Shown here: piece after piece, positions 1 to 11,962 of the stretch
Layout of the letters: every line of letters begins with the position of its first letter
Numbering within the stretch: position 1 is the first letter of the stretch
Source: Guillardia theta CCMP2712
Taxonomy: Eukaryota > Protista > Cryptophyta
Direction: 5' to 3'
DNA: 50,361 bases
Assembly (NCBI RefSeq): GCF_000315625.1
Contig: NW_005434601.1
Location: 75,122 to 125,482 of the forward strand
Notes under the pieces: model-generated
Told to the model about the DNA's origin: nothing
The model's input: the letters and a program-made list of their open reading frames with translations, nothing else
The model's database searches: none
Translations under genes and position numbers: made by a program

Positions 1-2441
1 TGACAACTTGGGGTCCTCCCCCACCTTCCACCGCCTCCCTCCACGTACCCGTTGCTCACCCACCGCCCCACCGATAGCGTCTTGCCGTCCACGGCGTCCG
101 TCGCCTCCGCCACGATCCTTCCAGAGGAGGAGGAGGAGGAGGGAGGAAGGTTCTTGTCCCGGATGAGAGTGACCTCGGCGTTGGAGAAGAAGGCGTGAAC
201 GAATCTCGGCACCTTGGCTGACTTGTAGTCAAACCTGTACCGCAGCTCCTGCCCCTCGAACACGATCTCGATCGACTCCTTGTGACCCTGGAGGCTCCTG
301 GACGCGTACAGGACCCTCTCCTGACCGTTAATGTTCAGCTTGTACTCGTCGGTCTCGTCAGGCGTGTCAAATTTCTCAACAGGAAAGATCTCGTCCGCGT
401 CAGCTCGGCCCTTGCTGGGCACGAAAAATCCGAACCTGGCGATCCACCGACCGTCGACGGGGAGCTCCATCACCTGCGGTATGTGAGGTAGGAAGGGGGA
501 GGGAGGGAGAAGACGAGGAAGAGCAGGAGGAGCAGGACGAGGGCGGGAACGGAAACGAAGGAGGAGGAAGTAGAGGATACGAGGAAGAGCAACACGACCA
601 GAGGAGGAATCAGAAGAACAAGAGATAGAGTGGAGACTAGGACCAGGGAGGGAGAGGAGGAGGAGGAGGAGAAGAAGAAGGAGGAGAAGGAGGAGCAGGA
701 GAAGGAGGAGAAGGAGGAGGAGGAGGCGGCGGCTGGTTTCGTACCCCTTCAATGAAGCCATTCGTGGTGTCATCCAATCTAGCGATGGACTGGAAGACTG
801 GGTCCGGCTTCACCCCCTGCGTCCTCTTCCTGTTCGCCCACCAGCTGCACATCATGGGAGGAGGCGTCTCTGCTAGCTGGACGACTGGTGGAGGCTTCGG
901 GCACAGGACTTTTCCAGCAGTTCCTCCTGCGGCTCGATGATGAGAGGGGAGATGGAAGAGGAGGAAGCGAAGGAGGGAAAGGGGATAGAGGAGGAGGAGG
1001 AGGAGGAGGAGGAGGAGGAGGAGATGTACTTACCAGCACAGCAGAATGCTCCAAGCTGGGGATCAACTGGACATTCGGTCTGTCGGATATTCAGCACAAG
1101 TCCGAGGATGTGAGAGACTGAGCATCAGGGCAGCAGAGGAGAAGAAGAGGATGAGGAAAGGAGGAGCAGAAGAGAAAGAGAAGAGAAAGAGAGGAGGAGG
1201 AGAGGAGGGGGGAAGCAGCAGGAAGATAGAGGGTAAGGGACGAAGAGGAGCAGTCGAGGGTGTCGCACCCCGTCCGGAGAGGGCGATCCCTCCGCACAGT
1301 AACGGCCAGCAGGAACAGCTGTGCATGGCTGCTTGTCGTTCGCTCCGCCTATCAGTTGTCAGGTCGAGAACGGTTGTCAGGTCGAGAATAAGAGAGGGGG
1401 GAGAAGGGGAGAGCAGGGAGGGGGGGGGGGAGGGAGGGAGGGAAGGGGGGGGGAGGGACAGATGGCAAGAGGGGGCGGAGGAGGAAGGGGAGGAGAGGAG
1501 GGAAAGAAAGTAGCAAGGAGGAGGAAGGGAGGCAAAGGGCATACCGAGGCAGAAGAATCCTTCGGGGCAGGGCTTCGAGTCAGCCTGGGTCGGAGTTCCC
1601 AGCGGGCAATATTGACCTGAGAGGCTGATGAGACCAGCTCCACCCCAGCTGCAGCCTCCTCACCCGGCGCCACATCGCAGGGGACGGGGACGGCCTGGCC
1701 CCCAGCACACCAGTGACCTGCTGGGCACTGATCGCCAGCCGTAGAGGCGCTGCCAGCCTTGCAGTAGGACCCGGGGTGGACGAAGAAGATGTCGCAAGGC
1801 ACCTGCGAGTCAGATCAGCCCAGCTCGATCCCAGCTGACTCCGAGCTGCGGTCAACCTTATTCTCGTGTCCTCCTGGGCAATGGAAGCCAGCTGGACATT
1901 CTACCCCTGCGCCGTTGGTGCTGCCTTCAGGGCAGAAGTTTCCTGCAAAGAACGTGAGGATGGGGAGGGAAGGAGCGACGGGAGAGGAAGAGAGGAAAGA
2001 AGGCAAGCAGAGAGACGAGAACGGGAGGTGCGTTGGGGAAGGGGGTAACGAGAGCATCGGGGGAGGAGAGGGAGGGATAGAGGGAGAAAGGAGGTCACGT
2101 CAACCTGGTTGAGCTGTGCAGGCTTTGGGAAGACTCTGTCCTCCCTCGCAGTAGTAGCCAACGGGGCATCGCTTGCCCGCCTCGTCAGTGCTTCCTTCAG
2201 GGCAGAACTTTCCAGTAGGAGCGTTGCATGGCTGTTTGTCACGCGACCCCCCGAGGCAGTAAAACCCTGAAGCCGAGGTCAGCATGCCATGAAACATGTC
2301 ATGATCGCCAAACCAGCCGGGCAAGGTTGACCAGCCTCCTCGAAGGACTTGGGAGGACAGTATCTTCCGCTTTCTGTAAAAGCTGTAGTCAAGCAGTTGT
2401 GTAGCTATCATCATCACCATCATCATCATCGTCATCATCAT

Positions 2442-2488
<47 letters not shown>

Positions 2489-5400
2489 GAAGCAGAAGCA
2501 GAAGCAGAAGCAGAAGCATATTACCAGCAGTGCAAGCGACGGCCAAGCGATCGTTGCCATGACAGTAATGTCCTACAGATTTGTCAATTCCTCTCGAGCT
2601 TCCAGCCAGGAGGGACAAGGAAAGAAGCCCAACAGACCTGCTGGGCACTCGGAGCCGTCGGAGCTGGACGAGCCCTTCTTGCAGTAGAACCCGGGCTCTG
2701 CTGACCGTCAGCTGGTCAACTTAGAGGGTAACTGGTCACACCAGCTCGGCATGGCTGAGGAGGAGTTGCGCCTCCCATGCAGTAGTAGCCCTGCCGTCCA
2801 CGATCAGCCTACCAAGCTCAGCCCGAGCGGATCGCTACTCACGCCATCGCATGCGACACCATCGCCAGAAGAAGTGCCTGAGGAGAGTCAGGGGCCCAGC
2901 ACAAGGCTGACCATTCTGACCTTCAGGGCAGTAGAACCCTGGAGCCGCTTGACAAGGCTGCTTCCCAGCTGCTCCTCCTTGACACCAGGAGCCAGCTGGG
3001 CATTTGACACCCGAAGGAGCTCCTGCAGTCGCTCTCAGCAACGCCCTTGAGCATGAGAGAACTTTACCTGTTCCCACCGGACAGTACATGCCGGGACTAG
3101 CCTGTACCTCGCCGTCAGCGACTGCGTTCCTTCCCCCCAGCAAGAATGGAGGAGGTAGGAGGGAGGAGGGAGGAGGGAGGAGGGAGGAGTCGCCTCCACC
3201 TGACACGGAGACGGCAAGGACGATCCTCCATCGCAGAAGTTGCCTGCACGTCAATCATCAGCGAACGACAGTCGCAACGGCTCTGGTCATGTACCCGCTG
3301 GACAAGGATCCACCGTCGTGTGTCCCTTGAGTGCGAGAGTTCAGCTCAGGCCCAGCACGAGGGTCAAACGCAGAGCTCACCTCAGGGCAGTAGCTACCCA
3401 CAGGCGCCTGGCAGTTGGTCATCCCAGCAGAGCCTGAGCAGAGCTGAGAAGCGGATGAGGAGGCAGAAACTGAGGTTAACCTCCCGGACAAACATGTCCA
3501 GCTGGGCAGGTGATGCCGAGGGGGGAGGAGGAGCCAGCGTCACAGAAGTGGCCAGGGGCACAAGTGCACGGCTGCTTGTCTGTTCGAAATCTCAGTCAGT
3601 TGTTTCCTCCTCTTCCTCCTCCACCATCACGACCTGCGTTGCCTCCTGTACAGAAGAAGCCCACAGGGCACTGGATGCCTTGTGCAGAGGGGCTGCCAGC
3701 TGGACAGTACTTCCCAGCTGGGGCCTGCAGGGGAATTTGTTAGAGCAACGAAACGGAGGGGTAGGAGCTGAGAACAGACCTGGCAGGCTTGTTTGTCTTG
3801 ACTACCACCAGGGCTGCCGCGAGATCAGCTGGACTATCTAAGGGAGTTCGATAGGAAATCACCAGAAGAACCCAGCTGGGCAGGATGAGCCTGCCGGGTC
3901 TGTGCTGCCCTCGGGGCAGTACGAGCCGACTTCGGCGGAACAAGGCTTGGCGTTCGCCATGCCGCCGGCACACCTAGAGGAGGAGGTCAGGGCTCCGTCC
4001 TGCCGCGGCAGCAGCAATGTCACCAAGAGCCGACCGGGCAGACGGCTCCTGCTGGGTCTGTCGACCCCTCTGCGATGGATGCAGTCAGCGCAGAGGCATG
4101 TGGAGTGCAACGAGGGACTACCAGGGCAGAACCTGCCGCGTTCAGCAGTGCAAGGGACTTTGTCGGAGCTTCCTCCTGCCACGACGGCTGAGAAGCCGCC
4201 AACAAGTTTCGAGACCTCGCACCTGGGCAGTAGTAGCCGATCTTACATTTGAACCCTTCTGTTGTTGGGGAGCCAGGACCGCAATAGAAGCTGCTCAAGC
4301 ATCGTCAGACTCCTTCGCTCTCCCTCCCTCCCTCCGCATCACCCTGCTGCTGCGCTGCAGGCTACTGCCCCGGCTGAACCTCCAGCACAGAAGCTGCCGA
4401 CTGGACACTTGACTCCGTTGGTGCTTGTGGAGCCCCTGGAGTGAGACGAGCACGACAAGGCAGGCAGGGAGGCAGAGGACGGTGGTGGGCAGCAAGGAGG
4501 GCAGAGGAGAGAAGGAGAGGAGAGAAAAGGAAGAGAGGAGAAGTGGAGGGGAGAGTCAGCTAGTTATAACATGACAGCACTGCTTCGCTCACTTGGGGCA
4601 GTAGAACCCTGGCTCGCAAGTGCACGCAACCTTGTCCGGCATCTGATCCAGCGAGTAGAAGCCCAGGGGAACCTCGTGCCCAACCGCATCCGACGAGCCG
4701 TCGGGGCAGTAGTACCCAGCCGGGGAGTTGGAGCACTTCTGCTTATCGGCCTGTCCCCCAGCACTGCAGCCGTGCAGTCGTAAGAAGGCGCAAACTTCCA
4801 ACAGCTCACGAAGCCCACCAGAAGAAGCCCTCAGGGCAAGGGACGCCGTTGGCTCCAGCAGCGCTGCCAGCTGGGCAGTAGGACCCTGCCGGGGCTGTGC
4901 ATGCAGTCGGGCTGGCCGAGGCGCCAGGGCACCTGAGGGTAGAGGGTGAGTGACGAGGCAGGAAGTTCAGCGGAGTCACCAGGAGCCCACTGAGCAGCTC
5001 TGCCCGTTGGCACTGGACGAGCCAGCTGGGAAGGGGTCAGAAGAGGAGTCTTGATGACTCGAGAGCTCGTACTTGCACAGAAAGTTCCTGCTGGGCCCGT
5101 GCAGGGCATCTTGTCTGCCGTGCCACCAGTACAGAAGTATCCAGCCGGGCCTGCCGCTCAACTCAGCAAAGCGAGTCGGAGGCTGCGAGCTTTCAGGTAC
5201 ATGTGGTCCCGTGCTCCTGCGAGCTCCCTGGCGGACAGAATGATCCAGCTGCAGCCTTGCAGTCGGCCTTGTCGGCGTCGCCCCCTTTAGACGTGTCAGG
5301 GAGCAGGAGGAGGAGGAAGGGGAGGGGGGGGAGGAGAAAGGAGGTGGTAACTAAAGCTGGTGATGGAGGACGACAAAAGAATAAAGTGCATGACACAAAG

Positions 5401-7182
5401 TCAAGGAAGAAGGGAACAAGACCATGAAGAGGAGGGGATGGGGGCGGAGGGGACGAGCAAGAGGAGGGGAGAACAACGGTGAGGTACCTGCACACCATTG
5501 TCCTACAGGACAGATAATCCCTGACTCCTGCACGCCAGCAACGTGAGAAGAGCGAGTGGCAAAGAGGAGAAAGTGGATACCGAAGAAGATCCCTCTTCGC
5601 AGTAGTATCCAGGTCGAGCCGAGCAGGACTGGGGAACGAACTGGAAGCCCAGGCCTGCCAGCCCGTCACCTCCACCTCCTTCCTTGACTTCGCGCAGACG
5701 TACAGTAGTGTCCAGGAGGGCATGGCGAGGTTGCGTCCGGCGCCGCTGCTCCCTGCGGGCAGAACATTCCTGCTCGTCCCCGTCAGCCCTGCACCGTCGG
5801 CCTCCCCCACCAGCTCACCCGCAGCTGCTTCGCAGTCCTCCTTGTTTGCGGCTTTCACAGCAGCTCTCAGTCGTCAATCACAGCACCGACACCTCAAGCT
5901 CACATCCTCCGGCGCAGTAGCTCCCAGCTGGGCAGAGGATCCCGTCTGGGCTGCTGCTCCCCTGCTCGAGCACGGTCACAGGCGGGAGTGGCAAGGGAAG
6001 GGCTCCTTGCCTCTGAGCAGTACTTCCCAGGTGCCGCCGTGCATTCCTTCTTATCTCCTCCCTGACCAACGGAACTTCAACTTCGCGCCTTCCTCGCTGC
6101 CGTCAGGTTCCCATCACCTGACAGTAGAACCCTGCTGGGCAGGTCCTTCCCAACGGTCGGTAGGCTCCAGTTGGGCAGTACCTGAGGAAAAAGCTGAGAA
6201 CTCGAGCTGGCGGCCAACTGCAAGCCGCAAACCTCCCAGGCTCCGAGTTGCATTCCTGCGGCAGCGTCGAGCCACCAGTGCAGTAGAAGCGCTCAGGGCA
6301 CTTGGTCCCGTTCATGTTGTCCGAACCCTCCGGGCAGTAGAGTCCGGGGGGAGACATGCAGGGAAGCTTGTCCTGCAGTGCTGCCGTTAGTGCTGCCGGC
6401 CCCTCACCTCCTCCTCCTCCCCCCCCTTCCCCCCTGCAAAGTTACAGCACCTCCGAGTCTCCAAGGCACCTGCAAGAAACAAGCTCAGATGAGGAGGATG
6501 CACGAACTTCGAAATTCACCAGAAGCCGGGTGGGCACTTTCTGCCTGTAGCAACCTCGGAGCCCTCTGAGAGAACTTGGGTATAAGAAGGGAAGGAGAAA
6601 AGTGTGGAAGAGCGAGAGAAGCCACAAATAGAAATGCACGAAAACCAGAAAGGCAGGGAGAGGGTGAGAAGGAGGGGAGGAGGAAGGGAGGAGGGAGAGG
6701 GAGGAGGAAGGAGGTGGGGAGGAGAGGGCGGCCGGAGAGAGCTGGAGAGGAAAGGAGGAAGGAGAGGAAGGAGAGGAAGAGAAACAGGGACACGGTACAT
6801 CCTTCCAATAAGAGGAGCGTTGCAATAAAACTAACCAGGGCAGTAAAACCCGGGTTGGCACGAGCACAACTCTTTGTCTGCGTTCCCTCCTGCAGCAACA
6901 GAACTCAGACTGAAGGAGCAGAGCGCGAGGTTCGAACCGCTGCAGAAGTATCCCTTGGGACACTTTGTGCCCTTGCTGTCCGAGCTCCCTTCCGCACAAA
7001 AGAACCCTAGCACGAGGTCAACCGAGGTGCTGGCAGCGCATGGTCCTCCTACCTGCGTCGGCTGCACAATCCTTCTTGTCTTCCGTTCCGCCAGGGCAGT
7101 AGAACGTCGCAGGGCAGGAGACACCAAAGGCGTCCCCAGTGCCTGGCGAGAGCAGATGAGTAAGGAAAGTGAGGACGGGGAG

Positions 7183-7229
<47 letters not shown>

Positions 7230-10200
7230 AGGGGAGGAAGGACAAGGACGAGGACGAGGAGCATGGAGAGGGACAAGTAGGACGCGGAGGACGAGGAGGA
7301 CGAGGGGGGCCGACCAACCTTCAGGGCAGTATGACCCAGGAAGCGCCTTGCAATCAGCAGCCTGTAGAGATCCAAGTAAATTCACAACCTCTCGCCCAGC
7401 TGCGTGACCTCTGCTGCTCCACCAGAGCAGTACTTGCCCACAGGGCAAGCATGCGTCTCGGCGCTTCCTTCAGGGCAGAACTCTCCAGGAGGAGCGTCTG
7501 CGATAGACTTCAGCGCGAGCATGACCGAAGTTCGAGCGCTCACCGCATGCCGTCAGGCCGTGCGAACCTCCCAAGCAAGTGGAGCCCTGGGCGTGCAAGT
7601 CACATCGAGTCTCTCGGTCCCTTTCCTTCCTCCCCTCACCGACGGGCAGGGAACTCCCTTGATGCTGCTCGAGCCCGGGGGGCACCAGTGCCCCGGGTCT
7701 GCTTGACAAGGCTTGGCTTCCTCCTTCTGCTCGCTCGGTCGTCACAAGAAGTCCAAGACATGCTCATCCTCTCTCACCCCGCCAACGCAGTAGTAGCCCA
7801 CGATGCACTCTACCCCGTTCGCGTCGCTGCTCCCGCTCGGACAGTACCGCCCAGCCGGGGCCGTGCAGACCTTGGCGTTCTCGGAGCCTCCCGAGCAGTA
7901 GAAACCAGCTTCACATTTCTTGCCCGCCAGAGGTTCTGCTCCGGTTGACGCGTTCCATCCTGCGGGGCAGTAGAACCCTGGGGAATCCCCTTCAGGACAG
8001 CGACAACAAAAGAAGGGAAGTGGAGCAGGTAAGAGAGATGAAAGAGGAGAGTGTTGGAAGGAGCAGGAGAGAGCAGGAGAGGAAGAGAGAGGAGAGGAAA
8101 GATAGGAGAGGAGAGCAATAGCTGACTCCCATGACCCTCACCAGGAGATGAAGTGCAAGGCTTCATGTTGGCATCAAGACCTTCACAGAAATGTCTACGT
8201 CGACCAGTCAGAGCAGGAACGATGCCGTCGTCACATCCTCACCCGACAGGACACTTCACACCCTCGGGCAGCGAGCTGCCGATAGGGCAGTAGTATCCTT
8301 CCTCGCAGACACAGGGAGTCTTGTCGCTGCTTCCTCCTTCGCACCAGAAGCCCACGGGACATTTCACACCTGAAGAGGAGGAAGATCCTGGCGGGCAGTA
8401 CGACCCAGGCTCTGTTCCGCAGATCATGGGCACTGCTGTTGCTCCTGCACAGTAAGATCCTGGGAACAAGAGTGAGCAGCTACTGGGAGGCACAGGACAG
8501 GGCACATACCAACGGGGCAGAGGGTCCCTTGACCAGAGGCTGTCCCTCTGGCACAGAAGTATCCTGTAGATGTTCTCAGCGGGTTAAGTGCAAGTCATCA
8601 TGATACACTGACCAGGACTGACTGTGCAAGGCGCCTTGTCTGCTGTGCCTCCTGGACAAGTGAAGCCAGGAGGACACTGGGCGCCATTGGGCGAAACCGA
8701 GCCCTCAGGGCAGTAGTACCCAGGAGCCGCTGCCAACGAAGAAGTCAAACGAAGAAAGCAGAAGGAGGGGCACAATCGACTAGATAGACCATCAGAGGAA
8801 AGAGGAGGAAACAGATCAAATGATGAAGACATTAGCTTGCAGATGACATGAGTTTGTTTAGAACATGAACGACGAGAGGAGGAGACAAATAAAGAACAGA
8901 AGCAGAGCAGGAGGCTGTCAGATACCAGCGCAAGAATCGGGCAATGCTGTGCCTCCAATGCAGAATTTGCCTGGAAACAGGTTCAGGTACACTAGACTCG
9001 GAGGAGTGCTGGAAAACCTTGGGGGCAATGCACACCCAGTGAGGACTGAGAGCCTTCGGGGCAGTAGCTCCCTGGACCAGCGACGCAGGGGAGCTTGTCA
9101 CTCGATCCTCCCTTGCAAGCAGAGCCCGCCGGGCAAACTTCGCCCGCTGCCGCCTTGGACTTGGGAGGACACCATGAGCCAGGAGCTGCGGTGCACTCTT
9201 GCGCCAAACTCGTCTGCAACAATAGAATCAACCCGGACCAGTTTGACTTGCTCAAAGCTCACCCCGCCGATGCAGAAATGTCCAACAGGGCATTCTCGGC
9301 CCGCAGCCGTTGAGCTTCCTGATGAGCAGAAGAAACCTGGCTCCGCTTGGCATGGCTGAGGCCCTGTGGTACCTCCGGTGCAGAAGTTTCCGCCATCACA
9401 AATCTTCCCAGCAAGAGGGTCAGAGTTGCGTTCCGGAGCCCATCCTTCCGGACAGAAGAAGCCTGATACCTTGTCAGGCAACACGCTGGACAAGCCAAGA
9501 CATCATCACCTGGCAATGCCGTACAGTCTACCTTGATGGCACTCCCACCAGCACAGAAATGCCTGCAAATGCCATTCAGTTCATGACAACATTCGCATCG
9601 AAGGCTGGGAGCGCACCCGATTGGACAGATTTCGCCAGAAGGCTCAAAGCTTTTCTTCGGGCAAAAGTATCCAGGAGAAGCTGTGCATGGCTGCTTAGCT
9701 TTCGAGCCCCCCAAACAGTAGAATCCTTCGGGACATTCCACCCCCTGGGTAGGGGAGGAAACTTGACCCGGCGGACAGGAGTAGCCCTTCTCCACAGCGC
9801 ATTCCACCTTGTCGCTTTGCAGACCAGCACAAGCGTGGCCAACGGGGCAAGAGACACCAGTGGCAGTCGAGGTTCCCTGGGGACAGTACGAACCTGGTGA
9901 AGCTTGGCATGGGGCCTTAGTTCCGCCTCGACCGCCAACACAGTAGTATCCTTGAGGACACGGAAGAAGGTTATAGAGGGGGTTTTCTGGATCGGATCCT
10001 GCTATCTTCTCACAGTACTCTCCTGGTTTTGCCTTGCAGACCGTCTTGCATTCACCGCCTTCTTTCACGTATCCAGTCACACACAAGCACTGTGCCCTGG
10101 TAGCGCTTCCTTTCACACTCATCTCATGGGCCCCGCATTTCTGAGGGGTGGACTTGGCAGGGCAATAGTAGCCTGCCTCACATTCTATACAATCCAAATC

Positions 10201-10956
10201 TTTCATGTGGGGATTCTGATAATAGCCAGGTTGGCACATACAAGTTCCTTGCCCTTCAAGACCACCTGTGTCTGAGCCAGGTGGACATTCATGCTTCATC
10301 GCAGGCCACTTGTCATTATTGTAAGGGTAATGCAAGCACTTGACAACATCGTCCGACTTGCAACGAATCGGGTCGAATTGCCCGGGGCAGAAGTTGTTCA
10401 CAGGACAGGAGTGGCAATTCCCATTGTTCTCATGCGTTGCATCCACCCCGTACATTCCTTCCGGACACCAGCAATCTTCGATGCTTCTGCTGGCTCGGCG
10501 ACTTGTAAGTGGAGCTGGACAAGTGAGGACCAAGTCTTTCTTCTCGGGACAGTACTTTCCCTCCTCACATGCTGTGCAAGTTGGGCCGGCCTGAGTTTCT
10601 ATCAAGACGAACCCGGGAATGCAAACCGGCACGGAGGGCCAATCATTGAAGTAGCCAGGATAAACAGGTTTAGGGATGTCTGATCCGTTTCTCCTGCAAC
10701 ACATCATCCAGCCTGCCTTGATCTTCGTCTGGTCATCTAAAGGCGCTGCGCTAATGTTGAAAACCCAGTTATCAGGTGAGGATGTGCTTGCTTCGATCAG
10801 ATCCTCCACCCGGTTTTTCCTCTCGCCCTTCATCAGCACAACAACTGCCATGACTGCAAGCAGGAGCATGGCAACGGAGCTTGCATACGAGACGATGGCC
10901 GGACGGCGCGACCTCCTGACAACAGGGGAAGCGGAGTCTAGTGGAATGTATTCCAT
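1..10956 (-). CDS. Giant multi-exon cysteine-rich repeat surface protein (GCC2/GCC3 / ephrin-receptor-like Cys repeats) with N-terminal type II signal anchor; 3' end lies beyond the window
   Basis: ORF from 10956 begins MEYIPLD...SVAMLLLAVMAVVVLMK (one TM helix), then CPxGxYCP motifs. A ~36-aa unit CxAxPGxYCPEGSxxxxGxxCPxGxxCxGGxxDKxP recurs in short GT-AG-bounded exons from ~9900 down to ~1550. Non-Cys exons follow (...FQSIARLDDTTNGFIEG | intron 474-744 | VMELPVDGRWIARFGFFVP...), open to the window edge. Confidence 0.85.
2409..2518. repeat. Compound intronic microsatellite (CAT)n-(CAG)n-(CAGAAG)n
   Basis: Directly visible; lies inside an intron of the Cys-rich gene. Confidence 0.95.
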
Positions 10957-11581
10957 CTTGAAGGTGGCTGGCGTGACCGAGGAAGGAACAAGAGCACAAG
11001 GGAGATCAGAGCAAGAAGAAGAGTTTGATCGCTTCTCTCGCGGAACTAATCAGATCAAAGTCGTCGCCTCCCCGCTGTTGTCATATCGTTCATCTCGCCA
11101 TCTCGCCCGAAATAGCCATCAAACACATTACCACCCCCACATTCCCCAATGCAACCACCCCTACCCCCTACGGAATTTTCACTTTACACTTCACAGTTTC
11201 AGTACCTTGCCGGATTCGCAATGGGCTGCTCAACGACTCTCACATGATGTCAGTGAGTTGGAGATCAAACAGCTTCCCTCATGCAAGGATGCGGCGCATG
11301 CAGGGCTACGAAGCCCTCACGACCTCTTGACCCGCTGCCGCTGCGGTGGAGCCGTATGCTCGAGGCCGAAGGCAGCAGACAGGCTGACTTGAATGAGAAT
11401 CTCCGACTCGGGATCGTCTCTAGGCTTATGGAAGGCAATCAGCAGCAGCTAATCTGAGATGGAGGACTCGAAAGAAGGTGTTGAAGAGGAGGAGGAGGAG
11501 GAGGAGGAGGAGGAGGAGGAGGAGGAGGAAGAAGAAGTTGCCATGCTGGACTCCGTCATGGGTACCGTACGAGTCACAGGC

Positions 11582-11740
11582 GGCTTCCTCATACAACTTT
11601 TACTCAAAGTTAAGTTAAAAATAATTACGAGGACAATCAGGCCCCCGAGAGTGGCACCTGAGAGCCGATGACTGCCATACCTGTCACCACCGCAACGACT
11701 CAACCGAAGGTCTTGTAGTGGTTTCCGCTGTTTCTCCAAA
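11582..11740 (+). repeat. Copy A of a short dispersed element family (head GGCTTCCTC...AACTTTTACTCAAAGTTAAGTTAAA...TACGAGGACAATCAGG)
   Basis: The ~45-60 nt head matches 42673-42718 (+) and ~42465-42517 (-). The downstream tail differs from those copies. Confidence 0.75.
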
Positions 11741-11962
11741 GCCGGAACAGTATCGTTGCAGGCCTATCTTAGGCCGGTGTAAGTATAGCGACAACTGCGG
11801 GGCTGCTCTCAGTCTCCCGGGTAGCCCTGGAGGCTGAAACTTGTCTTGTATGACGGCATTGAACTCAAGTTTCGTACACGGAGCCCGAGCCCGCGGTACC
11901 CGGCTGTGGCCACGGGATGGGAGATGGGAGAGAGAATGAGAGATTAATCATTGATCACATAT

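Noticed and set aside
2700-9900. Long + strand ORFs over the Cys-rich gene
   Set aside because: They are antisense shadows of GC-rich repetitive coding exons with no recognisable motifs.
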